The notes under the pieces were generated by a model. It saw only the letters and a program-made list of their open reading frames with translations, was not told the origin of the DNA and did not search any database. Made by a program: the position numbers and the translations under genes. From NCBI GenBank assembly GCA_000998425.1, contig LCDG01000006.1, forward strand, positions 1 through 55,376: a stretch of 55,376 bases of DNA. The letters run 5' to 3'. Within the stretch, counting starts at the first letter, position 1; each line of letters opens with the position of its first letter. The stretch comes from Candidatus Nomurabacteria bacterium GW2011_GWC2_42_20. Its GTDB lineage: Bacteria; Patescibacteriota; Minisyncoccia; Phycocordibacterales; UBA1550. Of this stretch, positions 1-9,360 are shown piece after piece.

Positions 1-33
1 GGACGAGATGTCAGAATAGCAGAGGAGCTTAAG

Positions 34-915
34 GTGCCAATCATATATTTTGCTGCGCCTGTAATGAATTATTCTGGCACACCAATCGGTGTTGTCGTGG
101 CTCGGTATAATCCCGAAAGAACACAGAGATTATTTGATGAGTTTGCTGAAGAAGAAAGAAAAAAGGGGAAAGAGGGGTCCCAGTTTACTCTTACAGATAG
201 AGATGGGAATATTATTTTTTCCTCTGATCCATACTACAAAAACAAGATCTTGAAGGAAAAAATAGCTGAAACACCGTCTGTGCTAGCTGCGTCATCTGCA
301 GAAAGCGGTGTTATAGAAGAGATTGGTCAATTTTCTCAAGAGAAGGTAATCACAGTTTTTGTGAAAGAGAAGGGGACGGATGACTATGTTGGTAATGGGT
401 GGATTCTCTATTCATCGAGCGGTAAAGAAGGTGTTTATAAGCCAATAACTGATTTTAAAAATAAGGTTATTTTGCTTAGCATTCTATTTTTTGCAACAGC
501 AACACTGGTCGGATTTTTGTACAGTATCGGAATCACTAATTCGCTTAAAAAACTAGTTCAGGTCTCCGAAAAGGCAGCAGCGGGTGACCTTAGTGTCAGA
601 GCTGTTGTTGACTCAAATGACGAGCTTGGGTATCTAGCAAGTGTGTTTAATCAGATGCTTGGAAGTTTGGAAGAAGCAGAAGCAAGATTAAAAGATGTTA
701 ATACTAGTCTTGAACAGCGTGTTGAAGAGCGCATAAAAGAATTAAATGAAGCAAAAGCAGGTCTCGAAAAAACTGTCGAAAGCAGAACAGCAGAGTTAAA
801 AGAAAAAGTAGAACAGTTGGAAAAGTTCGAAATGATGACAGTGGGTCGCGAGCTTAAAATGAGGGAATTAAAAAAGGAAATAGATGAGCTTAAAGGGCAG
901 GCTTCACAGTCATAG
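34..915 (+). CDS. Membrane sensor-like protein (Cache-like extracytoplasmic domain, TM helix, HAMP, coiled-coil tail); 5' end probably lies outside the window
   Basis: TM segment ILLSILFFATATLVGFLYSIGI, then HAMP motif GDLSVRAVVDSNDELGYLASVFNQM; ends GRELKMRELKKEI with no kinase domain; frame is open back to position 1. Confidence 0.75.
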   Translation: MPIIYFAAPVMNYSGTPIGVVVARYNPERTQRLFDEFAEEERKKGKEGSQFTLTDRDGNIIFSSDPYYKNKILKEKIAETPSVLAASSAESGVIEEIGQFSQEKVITVFVKEKGTDDYVGNGWILYSSSGKEGVYKPITDFKNKVILLSILFFATATLVGFLYSIGITNSLKKLVQVSEKAAAGDLSVRAVVDSNDELGYLASVFNQMLGSLEEAEARLKDVNTSLEQRVEERIKELNEAKAGLEKTVESRTAELKEKVEQLEKFEMMTVGRELKMRELKKEIDELKGQASQS

Positions 916-922
916 AGTTAAA

Positions 923-984
923 AAATAATCATAAAAAAACACACAGCCACTCTAGGGTGGCTGTGTGTTTTTTTATGATTATTT
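923..984. terminator. Bidirectional intrinsic terminator with 28-bp perfect arms
   Basis: aaataatcataaaaaaacacacagccac / gtggctgtgtgtttttttatgattattt between convergent genes, A/T tracts on both sides. Confidence 0.9.
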
Positions 985-3003
985 AACGAGTTCGTAATCA
1001 ATACTCTTCTTTTCTAGGTCAACTGCTTTTACGCGTATCCTAATCTTGTCACCAAGTGTAAAGCGTTCATGAGATTGCTTGCCAACGATGCGATATTTTT
1101 CTCTCTCAAAAATATAGTAATCATTTCCTAGATCTGAAATACGAACAAGCCCTTCGCATTTCGTTTCGTCTTCTTCTACAAATACACCCCATTCTGCAAC
1201 CCCAGATATAGTGCCATCAAATTCCATACCGACACGTTCATTCATATACTCTGCTTGCTTAAACTTGATGGAAGCGCGCTCGGCGTCAGCGGCGAGCTTC
1301 TCCATTTCAGACGAGTGCACAGCAAGGCGTCTATATTCCTCCATTTCATCTTTACTGATTTTTTCATCTGCTAAAAAGTGCGCGAGTATGCGGTGTACCA
1401 TAACGTCTGGATATCTACGAATTGGAGAGGTGAAGTGCGTGTAGTGCTCGTAGGCGAGGCCGTAATGTCCAATATTATGTATTGAGTATATTGCCTTTGC
1501 CATTGTACGCACTGTCGCAGTATTGAGCATTTTTTCCTCGGGCTTTCCCTTTATTTGTTCAAGAAATTTATTGATATCTGTCGACGAAACACGACCTTCT
1601 TTAATAGGGAGTTTATAGCCAAGTCCTGCAACAAATTTTGCAAGCTCCATCAACCTCTCAGTTTTAGGCTCGTCGTGCACACGGTACACAAATAGGTCAT
1701 CTGCGTGATCAGGATGGGCGAGCCTTCCACTTAGGTCACCAAGTTTTGAAGATACAAATTCCGCAACTTTTTTATTTGCTAGAAGCATAAACATTTCTAC
1801 GAGCTTGTTTGTGTCCTGAAATGTTTTTGTATACACACGAATTGGTTTTTTGTTTTCATCGAGCTCAAAACGCACCTCCTCGTGTTCAAAAGAAATCGCC
1901 CCTTCTTCCTTGTCCTGTTTTACAAGCTTTTTTGCGATTAGGTTTAGAGTGTTGAGTTCATCATAAAAAAGCCCAGCACCATTATCGATGATCTCCTGTG
2001 CGTTTTCATATGTAAATCGTTTTGCACTGTTTATGATTCCGCGTCCAAACCATGAATCCTTAGCAACAACTTTTGTACTTGGGTTTGTTGCAGTATCTGG
2101 CGCAAATGTAAAGACAGCCGAAAAAACTAACTTATCTTCTTTTTCATTGAGCGAACACAGATCATTTGAAAGAACCTCTGGGAACATTGGTATTACGCGG
2201 TCTACAAGGTAGATAGATGTGGCGCGCACTCGGGCTTCCTCGTCTATCGCGCTGTGTGGCTTTACATATGCGGAGACGTCCGCAATATGCACACCAATCT
2301 CGATGTCACCGTTTGAAATCGTTTGTATGGAGATAGCATCATCGAAGTCTTTTGCATCTACTGGATCGATTGTAAAGGTTGTTACATTACGGAAATCACG
2401 ACGTTTTTTTGCCTCCTCTGCGATAAATGACGGAGCAGTTTTTTTGAGAGCCTCTGCCTCTTGGTGTATTTTTTCTGGAAGCTCTATCTTGAGCCCCTTA
2501 TCGAGAACAATCGCGCGGATCTCTGTTTCGTTATCTCCAGCTTGACCTAGCACTTCAATTATCTCTGCAGTTGGGTTTTTCTTTGGGTCGTTCCAGTCTA
2601 AAAGTCTCACAAGCGCTTTTTTCCCACGAAGCTTTTCACCGTGTGGTGGATTGGGGATTAAAAAATCGACATAAATCCGCGTGTCCTGAGGGATCAAAAA
2701 TGTCGCACCATTTTCTTCGTCTATTGTGCCAACGAATGTGATTTTGTTGCGCGCGAGAATCTCCACGACCTCGCCAGTTTGTTGCGCTACTTGTCCTCGT
2801 CCAAGACGTGAATCAGCTGATTCAGCATTTAAACGCACCTTCACGCGGTCACGCGGGAGTGCGGTATTGAGAAAACCAGCTTCAATTTTTATATCATTTT
2901 CACGGGTGCTGTCTTCCCCGACTGATACAAATCCGAAACCCTTTGCGGTCGTGGTAATAACGCCTTCAACGTACGGTGTTGTTGGGGTTTTGGGATGGTT
3001 CAT
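979..3003 (-). CDS. rnr: Ribonuclease R
   Basis: RNB catalytic motif TIDPVDAKDFDDA, HFTSPIRRYPD, C-terminal S1 domain; ATG at 3003 preferred over TTG at 3015. Confidence 0.95.
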   Translation of the reverse strand: MNHPKTPTTPYVEGVITTTAKGFGFVSVGEDSTRENDIKIEAGFLNTALPRDRVKVRLNAESADSRLGRGQVAQQTGEVVEILARNKITFVGTIDEENGATFLIPQDTRIYVDFLIPNPPHGEKLRGKKALVRLLDWNDPKKNPTAEIIEVLGQAGDNETEIRAIVLDKGLKIELPEKIHQEAEALKKTAPSFIAEEAKKRRDFRNVTTFTIDPVDAKDFDDAISIQTISNGDIEIGVHIADVSAYVKPHSAIDEEARVRATSIYLVDRVIPMFPEVLSNDLCSLNEKEDKLVFSAVFTFAPDTATNPSTKVVAKDSWFGRGIINSAKRFTYENAQEIIDNGAGLFYDELNTLNLIAKKLVKQDKEEGAISFEHEEVRFELDENKKPIRVYTKTFQDTNKLVEMFMLLANKKVAEFVSSKLGDLSGRLAHPDHADDLFVYRVHDEPKTERLMELAKFVAGLGYKLPIKEGRVSSTDINKFLEQIKGKPEEKMLNTATVRTMAKAIYSIHNIGHYGLAYEHYTHFTSPIRRYPDVMVHRILAHFLADEKISKDEMEEYRRLAVHSSEMEKLAADAERASIKFKQAEYMNERVGMEFDGTISGVAEWGVFVEEDETKCEGLVRISDLGNDYYIFEREKYRIVGKQSHERFTLGDKIRIRVKAVDLEKKSIDYELVK

Positions 3004-3035
3004 AATACTTTTCAAGATAGCATAAAATACAGTCC

Positions 3036-3064
3036 TTGACTACAACACAGCTTTTTGATAGGAT
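3036..3064 (+). promoter_or_regulatory. Sigma70-type promoter of rpsP (probably leaderless transcript)
   Basis: TTGACT-17 bp-TAGGAT, ATG follows 7 nt after the -10 box. Confidence 0.6.
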
Positions 3065-3071
3065 GTTTTTT

Positions 3072-3467
3072 ATGTTAGCAATTCGACTACAACGCGTTGG
3101 CCGCAAGAATGACCCATCATTCCGCGTCATCGTCGCAGATTCAAAGCTTAAGCCAAAAACTGGGAATGTTCTCGAGGTTCTTGGTTCATATAATGCTCGA
3201 ATGGGAAAACCTGTTATTAATATTGACCGTGCAAAGCATTGGATGTCAGTAGGCGCAAAGGCGTCGGGCACAGTGCACAACCTCCTTGTTGACCTAAAAG
3301 CAGTTACAGGCAAAAAGATTAACGTTTTGGGTAAAAAAACTCCAATTATAAAAGAGGCCAAAATAGAGGAAGTAAAAGCATCCACCCCTGCCGTAGAAAC
3401 CAAAGTGGAAGAAGTTTCAGCAGAAGCAGAAGCGTCTGAAACTCCAGTAGAAACTCCTGTTAGCTAG
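3072..3467 (+). CDS. rpsP: 30S ribosomal protein S16 with acidic C-terminal extension
   Basis: MLAIRLQRVGRKNDPSFRVIVADS...LEVLGSYN. Confidence 0.97.
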   Translation: MLAIRLQRVGRKNDPSFRVIVADSKLKPKTGNVLEVLGSYNARMGKPVINIDRAKHWMSVGAKASGTVHNLLVDLKAVTGKKINVLGKKTPIIKEAKIEEVKASTPAVETKVEEVSAEAEASETPVETPVS

Positions 3468-3500
3468 CCGTCAATAATTATTTTTACGAAGTGGTTTTCT

Positions 3501-3531
3501 AAAACACCGCACATAATCGTGTGGTGTTTTT
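3501..3531 (+). terminator. Intrinsic terminator after rpsP
   Basis: aaaacaccgcac-loop-gtgtggtgttttt hairpin with T tract. Confidence 0.65.
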
Positions 3532-3577
3532 GTTGTGATTGAAAATAAGTATCATGGCATGGTACAATGTAGGTGCT

Positions 3578-4783
3578 ATGGAACTTTCTTTTTTTAACAA
3601 GCGAAAACAAAATGAGGTACTTGCAGTACTTATTGACATTGGGTCAGCAAGTGTTGGCGCGTCGCTTGTAAAGATAGAGAAAGACAAAGCTCCACACATT
3701 CTTGCAAATGTTCGCGAGGATATTTCGTTCCAAGAAGTTCTTTCCTCCGCACGATTTCTTTTTGCTATGAATAATGCACTTGAGAAAGTTCTAAAGGAAA
3801 TACAAACAAGTATTGGTCAGATCGATTTGAATTTAGAACACAATAAAACCGTCTCGAATGTTTTTTGCACATTGTCATCACCTTGGTTCATTTTAAAAAC
3901 TCGCACCCTTGATATTGTGCGCGAAAAAGAATTCGATGTCACCGAGCGTGCAATAGAAGAATTTATCGATAAAGACATCGAGATTTTAAAGGATGAAATG
4001 AAGGAAATTCTGCCACCTAAAGATGTTAGAATCATCGAAAAGAAAATTCTTCAGATAAAATTGAATGGTTACGAGATAAAAAACCCATACAAGCAAAAAA
4101 CTGCGCGAGTTGAAATGTCTACAGCAATCGGCGTTTCCTCTGTGAAGGTCACAAAAAGTATCGAACGAAAGATAAATAATTTTTTTCACGTCAGCTCAAT
4201 CCATTTTGGGACGTTTCCCGTTGCTGCTTTTAGTGCCATAAGAGATATTTTCCCAATTGAAAAGAACTTCCTTTTTCTTGATATTACTGGCGAGTCGACA
4301 GATGTGTCTCTTGTTGAAAATGATCTGATTATCGGCACAATATCGTTTCCACTTGGTAAAAACTTCTTTATTCGTGCGATATCAACACGATTAAATACTA
4401 TTCATGAGGAGGCGATGACACTTTTTGTAATGTTTCTTAGGGGTGAACTTCATGATGAGCAATCTACTCAAATTGCAGGTACTATTGCGGATTCAGAAAA
4501 AGAGTGGCTAGCTCGTTTTGAAAAAGCAATTGCAACGATCGCACAAAAAGGTGTCTTGCCACATAAAATATTTTTTACGACTGATAGTGATGTTATGACT
4601 CTTTTTTCCGGTTTAATCAAGAAAGCAAAATCAGAGCTCTTGGCCGACGCATCGTTTGACCCCCAATACCTAGATCAACTCATTGTTTCAAAATTTGTTT
4701 CCTTCGGAGCTGGCGTGACACGCGACCCGTTTATCGTTGTGGAGGCATTGCTTGCTGAAAAGGTGCTTGGACAGCATATATAA
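3578..4783 (+). CDS. FtsA/PilM-like actin-fold protein, divergent
   Basis: Phosphate-1-like LIDIGSASV, phosphate-2-like FLDITGESTDVSLV, FPLGKNFFIRAIS. Confidence 0.65.
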   Translation: MELSFFNKRKQNEVLAVLIDIGSASVGASLVKIEKDKAPHILANVREDISFQEVLSSARFLFAMNNALEKVLKEIQTSIGQIDLNLEHNKTVSNVFCTLSSPWFILKTRTLDIVREKEFDVTERAIEEFIDKDIEILKDEMKEILPPKDVRIIEKKILQIKLNGYEIKNPYKQKTARVEMSTAIGVSSVKVTKSIERKINNFFHVSSIHFGTFPVAAFSAIRDIFPIEKNFLFLDITGESTDVSLVENDLIIGTISFPLGKNFFIRAISTRLNTIHEEAMTLFVMFLRGELHDEQSTQIAGTIADSEKEWLARFEKAIATIAQKGVLPHKIFFTTDSDVMTLFSGLIKKAKSELLADASFDPQYLDQLIVSKFVSFGAGVTRDPFIVVEALLAEKVLGQHI

Positions 4784-4787
4784 AACT

Positions 4788-6149
4788 ATGAATGACATTA
4801 TTCGAAAACAAATTAAGGACGTGATAGTGCCTCAAAGCAACGAAGTCATTCGCAGGCAGGCCAGCCTGCCTGATTCGTATGATGAGTTACCAAATGCCGA
4901 ACATGGTGACCGTATTGAAAAAAATCCATTTTTTGAGAAGACACGAAATAAAAAAGCACCACTCAAAAATACAAACAGTACCAAAAATACTGGTGGGCAT
5001 GGCGTATTTATAGCGTTATTATTTGTATTGATTATGGTTGCTGGGTTTTTTACGTTAAATTATTTTGCTTCTGCTAAGGTAGAAATAGAACCAACAGTAC
5101 TAAGCGCAAATATCGACCATGATTTTACTGCTAAATTATTGAATGAAGGCGGGGACACAGGCCTTGTTTTTAACAGACTTCCGTTTGTTGAGGAAAAATT
5201 AAAAGAAGTTCCAGCTACAATAGAGAAAAAGCTTCAAATAAAGGCTTCCGGGAAAGTAAAAATATTTAATGAATACAGCAAAGACAATCAGCGTCTTATC
5301 AAGAATACACGCCTTGAGGATGAAAAAACGCACAAAATTTACCGCATTGATCAGTCAGTTGTTGTCCCTGGAATGAAAGTCGTAAATGGGAAAAATGTAC
5401 CTGGCTCTGTAGAGGCTCTTGTGTACGCTGATGCAGCTGGCAAAGAATACAATATTACTGAACCAGCTGATTTTACGATTCCTGGTTTCAAAGGGGACCC
5501 TCGGTATGCAAAGTTTAAGGCAATGACAATTCCTGGTTCTCAAATTGTAGGGGGCTATAATGGTGTAGTAAACGTGCCATCAGACGAGGCTGTGAAGGTT
5601 GCTCAGGATGAGCTCAAGCAAGATCTCAAAAAGATTGTCGTTGAAAAAGCCCGGGCGCAGATCCCTGACGACATGTCATTATTCCCAGGAAGTATTGTAA
5701 TAAAATTCGAAGAGATACCTCAGGATTATACGTCAGAAGAGGATACGGCCAATGTTGTAATGCGCGCAACGGTTTCAGCATTCTTCATTGAGACAGCAAA
5801 GCTAACAAGTAGACTTATTGAAATTTTATTTCCAGAAAATAAAAATAATGCTTTTTTGATTCCAAATCTATCCTCAGTCGAATTTAAATTTATCGACCCA
5901 GTTGATAGTGTTGTACCTTCTGATATTTTAAATATTCGCTTCCACCTTTCTGGTGTAGTAAAATTTGTTGGGAAGATTGACACACAGAAGATTCAGAGCG
6001 AACTCGCTGGCAAGAGTAAAAAAGAATTTAGTCAAATTATTATTGAGCAAAATAATATTAGCAAAGCAGATGCCGTAATCCGTCCACCATGGAAGAATTT
6101 TTTTCCTAGTAATTCAGCAAAAATAAGCATAAAAATAATTACTAAATGA
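4788..6149 (+). CDS. Membrane-anchored protein with baseplate J/gp47-like domain
   Basis: Single TM (VFIALLFVLIMVAGFFTL), then ASGKVKIFN...TRL...VVVPG...VEALVYADAAGKEYNI pattern resembling Baseplate_J. Confidence 0.55.
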   Translation: MNDIIRKQIKDVIVPQSNEVIRRQASLPDSYDELPNAEHGDRIEKNPFFEKTRNKKAPLKNTNSTKNTGGHGVFIALLFVLIMVAGFFTLNYFASAKVEIEPTVLSANIDHDFTAKLLNEGGDTGLVFNRLPFVEEKLKEVPATIEKKLQIKASGKVKIFNEYSKDNQRLIKNTRLEDEKTHKIYRIDQSVVVPGMKVVNGKNVPGSVEALVYADAAGKEYNITEPADFTIPGFKGDPRYAKFKAMTIPGSQIVGGYNGVVNVPSDEAVKVAQDELKQDLKKIVVEKARAQIPDDMSLFPGSIVIKFEEIPQDYTSEEDTANVVMRATVSAFFIETAKLTSRLIEILFPENKNNAFLIPNLSSVEFKFIDPVDSVVPSDILNIRFHLSGVVKFVGKIDTQKIQSELAGKSKKEFSQIIIEQNNISKADAVIRPPWKNFFPSNSAKISIKIITK

Positions 6150-6196
6150 TTATAAGGGGCTGTGCCCAAAAGAATAACCAGTAATTATCTGCTATT

Positions 6197-6257
6197 TGTG
6201 GATAATTACTGCGTTGTTCTTTTGGAGGTTGACTGTATACAAAAATTTTGTTATTAT
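6197..6257 (+). promoter_or_regulatory. DnaA box (6197-6205) and sigma70 promoter of infA
   Basis: TGTGGATAA consensus DnaA box; TTGACT(6229)-17 bp-TATTAT(6252) with extended TG. Confidence 0.55.
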
Positions 6258-6269
6258 AAAAATTCACAA

Positions 6270-6485
6270 ATGGTAGAAATCGAAAAAGAAGAACTTGTAC
6301 AAGGGGAGGTTATCGAGGCGCTTCCGAGCGCTATGTTTCGAGTAGAATTTCCAGATGGGAAAATAATAATTTCATACCTTGCTGGTAAAATGCGCTTACA
6401 TCGCATCAAAGTGCTTATCGGTGATAAGGTTATGGTAAAATTAGACCCATACGGGGGGAAGGGGAGAATCATAAAGCGATTGTAA
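6270..6485 (+). CDS. infA: Translation initiation factor IF-1
   Basis: GEVIEALPSAMFRVE...AGKMRLHRIKVLIGDKV; ATG at 6270. Confidence 0.97.
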   Translation: MVEIEKEELVQGEVIEALPSAMFRVEFPDGKIIISYLAGKMRLHRIKVLIGDKVMVKLDPYGGKGRIIKRL

Positions 6486-6497
6486 CAGCACAAGGGC

Positions 6498-6526
6498 TTG
6501 CTTTTAATTTTTAAATGCGATATAAT
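6498..6526 (+). promoter_or_regulatory. Sigma70 promoter of rpmJ-rpsM-rpsK-rpsD
   Basis: TTGCTT-17 bp-TATAAT. Confidence 0.75.
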
Positions 6527-6540
6527 GCCCTCACTGTTTC

Positions 6541-6572
6541 CAAATCAGCTGATTTGCGGCTTGGCCGTAAAC
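6541..6572 (+). promoter_or_regulatory. Double-hairpin leader motif, copy 1 (putative r-protein operon leader)
   Basis: caaatc-agct-gatttg followed by cggc-ttg-gccg; homologous to 9730-9761. Confidence 0.55.
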
Positions 6573-6586
6573 CTAGCTGTCAGAAA

Positions 6587-6652
6587 GTTGCCGTAATTCT
6601 ATTGTGATTGTCCTTGTTTATTCAAAGAGAATCACAATAGAATTACGGCAAC
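6587..6652. repeat. 23-bp perfect inverted repeat in the rpmJ leader
   Basis: gttgccgtaattctattgtgatt (6587-6609) / aatcacaatagaattacggcaac (6630-6652). Confidence 0.9.
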
Positions 6653-6674
6653 AACTAAATCAGTATAATTTGTT

Positions 6675-6788
6675 ATGAAAGTACGAGCATCAGTAAAAAA
6701 AATCTGCGTGAAATGCAAAACGGTCAAGCGTGGTGACCGTATTCGTGTTATCTGCGAAAACCCACGACATAAACAGCGTCAAGGTTAA
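6675..6788 (+). CDS. rpmJ: 50S ribosomal protein L36 (not in the ORF track)
   Basis: Manual translation [37 protein letters not shown], zinc-binding CxxC..C..H form. Confidence 0.97.
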   Translation: MKVRASVKKICVKCKTVKRGDRIRVICENPRHKQRQG

Positions 6789-6815
6789 CAACATTTAAAT
6801 ATATAAAAAAGATTT

Positions 6816-7196
6816 ATGCGTATCCTAGGAGTTACAATACCAGATGAAAAAAGATTGGAGATAAGCCTTACCGCAGTGTACGGCATTGGTCGCCCGCGCG
6901 CAAAAAAGCTTCTTGATGAAGTAAACATAGAGCATGGCAAGCTAGCCAAGGACTTAACTCCAGATGATGAGGCAAAGATTCGTAAAATTATTGAGGGTCT
7001 CACACTAGAAGGCGATCTTAAACGTGAAATTTCAACAAACGTGAAGCGTTTGAAGGAAATTAAATCACATAGAGGATCACGTCACGCAAAGAAGCTCCCT
7101 GTACGCGGACAGCGTACAAAAACAAACTCACGCACAGTGCGTGGGAATAAGCGAACGACAATGGGATCAGGACGTCGTAAGGCTGACAAGAAGTAA
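6816..7196 (+). CDS. rpsM: 30S ribosomal protein S13
   Basis: LTAVYGIG, LPVRGQRTKTNSRT. Confidence 0.98.
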   Translation: MRILGVTIPDEKRLEISLTAVYGIGRPRAKKLLDEVNIEHGKLAKDLTPDDEAKIRKIIEGLTLEGDLKREISTNVKRLKEIKSHRGSRHAKKLPVRGQRTKTNSRTVRGNKRTTMGSGRRKADKK

Positions 7197-7205
7197 CATA
7201 ATATT

Positions 7206-7640
7206 ATGGGAAAAAAACGAATTATAAAAAAAGAAGGACAGAGCGTTGACCAGGGATTGGTATCTCGAGCTCTTTCGCGCACTGCAAAAAAGAAGCACGT
7301 AGAAGGCACTCTATATGTTCAATCTACATACAACAACACTAAGGTTCTTCTTGCAGACAAAGTCGGAAACGCACTTGTTTGGTCATCGTCTGGCTCACTC
7401 GGTTTCAAGGGCGCAAAAAAGGGTACACCATTTGCTGCAGCAAAAGTTGGCGAGCTTGTTGGAGAAAAAGCAGCAATGATCGGTATGAAGTCTGTCGATG
7501 TTGTAGTGAAGGGCGTTGGTGCTGGTCGCGAGAGTTCGATTCGTGCAGTGAATTCAAAGGGTATCGACATTTCATCGATTCGCGACGTAACACCTGTTCC
7601 ACACAATGGACCAAAGCCAAAGAAGCCACGTAGAATTTAA
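7206..7640 (+). CDS. rpsK: 30S ribosomal protein S11
   Basis: STYNNT, KKGTPFAA, DVTPVPHNG. Confidence 0.98.
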   Translation: MGKKRIIKKEGQSVDQGLVSRALSRTAKKKHVEGTLYVQSTYNNTKVLLADKVGNALVWSSSGSLGFKGAKKGTPFAAAKVGELVGEKAAMIGMKSVDVVVKGVGAGRESSIRAVNSKGIDISSIRDVTPVPHNGPKPKKPRRI

Positions 7641-7664
7641 ACCTAGAATACAATAATCACAATT

Positions 7665-8276
7665 ATGAGCAGAGTTACATGTAAAATTTGTCGTCGTCTC
7701 GGAGAGACCATTTGCGGACGTGAAAAGTGCGCGTTTAAGAAGCGCCCGTATCCACCAGGTAAGTTGATTTCTGAAAAGAAACACCGCTCAACTCAGACTG
7801 ATTACGGTCGCCAGCTTCGTGAGAAGCAAAAGGTTCGCCATACATATGGCGTGAGTGAAACGCAGTTTTCGAATTATGTAAAGGAAGCTTCAGGTAAGCA
7901 AGGAGTCAATCCAGCAGAGTATCTTTTTGAGGCTCTTGAGTCACGTTTAGATAACACAGTATTTCGTGCAGGGTTTGTGTCGTCACGAGCACTTTCTCGC
8001 CAGATTGTGTCTCATGGGCACGTTATGGTCAATGGTCGCCGAAGTAACATTGCATCACGCAGAATGAAAGTTGGAGACGTTATAACAATCCGTCCAGGGA
8101 GTATGAGTACAAAACTTTTTGACGGATTAGTAGAACGTTTAAAGGCTGCTACAGTGCCAACTTGGTTTAAAATTGATGGAGATAAGCTTACTGCAACACT
8201 ACAGGGTAAGCCAAAGCCTGGACAAGCAGAGATGTCATTTAATCTCACTTCAGTTATTGAATTTTACAGTCGTTAG
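7665..8276 (+). CDS. rpsD: 30S ribosomal protein S4
   Basis: QLREKQK, LESRLDNTVFRAG, VIEFYSR. Confidence 0.98.
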   Translation: MSRVTCKICRRLGETICGREKCAFKKRPYPPGKLISEKKHRSTQTDYGRQLREKQKVRHTYGVSETQFSNYVKEASGKQGVNPAEYLFEALESRLDNTVFRAGFVSSRALSRQIVSHGHVMVNGRRSNIASRRMKVGDVITIRPGSMSTKLFDGLVERLKAATVPTWFKIDGDKLTATLQGKPKPGQAEMSFNLTSVIEFYSR

Positions 8277-8307
8277 TAGTATCAGTGCCTGCGCCCAAGT
8301 ATCCAGT

Positions 8308-8336
8308 TTGCATTTATCAATGATTTAAGGTATAGT
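8308..8336 (+). promoter_or_regulatory. Internal sigma70 promoter upstream of rpoA
   Basis: TTGCAT-17 bp-TATAGT. Confidence 0.6.
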
Positions 8337-8366
8337 TTCATCGTCTAATTTACACCACACACCAAA

Positions 8367-9335
8367 ATGCTCGACTACAACATTACATTGCCATCGAAGC
8401 CAAAAGTTCTCTCTGAGGACGGTTTTAAGGGGAGTTACGAGATTGAAAGTCTTTATCCTGGATACGGTCACACTCTAGGTAACTCACTTCGTCGCATTAT
8501 TCTTTCATCACTTTTGGGTGCAGCAATCACCACAGTAAAGATTGATGGTGTTTCGCATGAATTTTCTACACTAAACGGTGTAAAGGAGGATGTTATTACA
8601 ATCCTTCTAAATCTAAAGAAAGTCCGCTTCAAGCTTTCTACAATGGATCCACAGACAATAACCCTTTCGGTTAAGGGTGCAAAAGATGTTACTGCAGGTG
8701 ATATTAAGGTTTCTGGCCAGGTGGAAGTTTTGAACGGAGATCAACATATTGCAACACTAACAGACAAGAACGCGTCACTCGATATTGAAATCGTTGTGGC
8801 AAAGGGCTTTGGGTACGTGTCAAAGGAGGTTCACCAGAAGGAAAAAGTCGATATTGGCACCATTGCTGTGGATGCGATTTTTACGCCAATTCGTCGTGTG
8901 AACTACGAAGTGGACAATATGCGTGTTGGCGACCGTACAGATTTTAATCGTTTGCGTATCACAGTAGAAACAGACGGCACAATCACTCCTCGTCGCGCAC
9001 TAGAGGCATCTATTGAAATTATGGTAAACCAACTCAAATCAGTTATTGGCTTCGTTGAGAAAGCAGAAGTAGAGGCAGAGGATACCTCAGATAAAAATGA
9101 GGAGAAACCTGCAAAAAGGGACACAGCTGACAATGATTTCCTAAAGACTCGTGTTGAGAACCTTGATTTGTCCACTCGCACAAACAATGCGCTTTCTAAC
9201 GCAAATATTCGCACAATAGGCGGTCTTGCGCGCAAAACAGAAGAAGACCTTCTTGAAATTGACGGTCTAGGGGACAAGGGTATTCAAGAGATCAAGCGCG
9301 CGCTTTCTGCTCACGACATAACTCTTAGGGCGTAA
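8367..9335 (+). CDS. rpoA: RNA polymerase subunit alpha
   Basis: GYGHTLGNSLRRIILSSL, alpha-CTD LDLSTRTNNAL. Confidence 0.98.
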   Translation: MLDYNITLPSKPKVLSEDGFKGSYEIESLYPGYGHTLGNSLRRIILSSLLGAAITTVKIDGVSHEFSTLNGVKEDVITILLNLKKVRFKLSTMDPQTITLSVKGAKDVTAGDIKVSGQVEVLNGDQHIATLTDKNASLDIEIVVAKGFGYVSKEVHQKEKVDIGTIAVDAIFTPIRRVNYEVDNMRVGDRTDFNRLRITVETDGTITPRRALEASIEIMVNQLKSVIGFVEKAEVEAEDTSDKNEEKPAKRDTADNDFLKTRVENLDLSTRTNNALSNANIRTIGGLARKTEEDLLEIDGLGDKGIQEIKRALSAHDITLRA

Positions 9336-9360
9336 TTAATTTGAAATAAACACCACTATC

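Noticed and set aside
4788-6149. Prophage or contractile injection system suggested by the baseplate-J-like domain
   Set aside because: There are no other structural genes; the protein is membrane-anchored and flanked by core genes.
6147-6149. Alternative genetic code 25 (TGA=Gly) as in Gracilibacteria/Absconditabacteria
   Set aside because: Conserved genes translate full-length under code 11 without internal TGA, and TGA serves as a plausible stop here.
6197-6205. oriC suggested by DnaA boxes
   Set aside because: Only isolated single boxes occur; there is no cluster and no dnaA/dnaN nearby.
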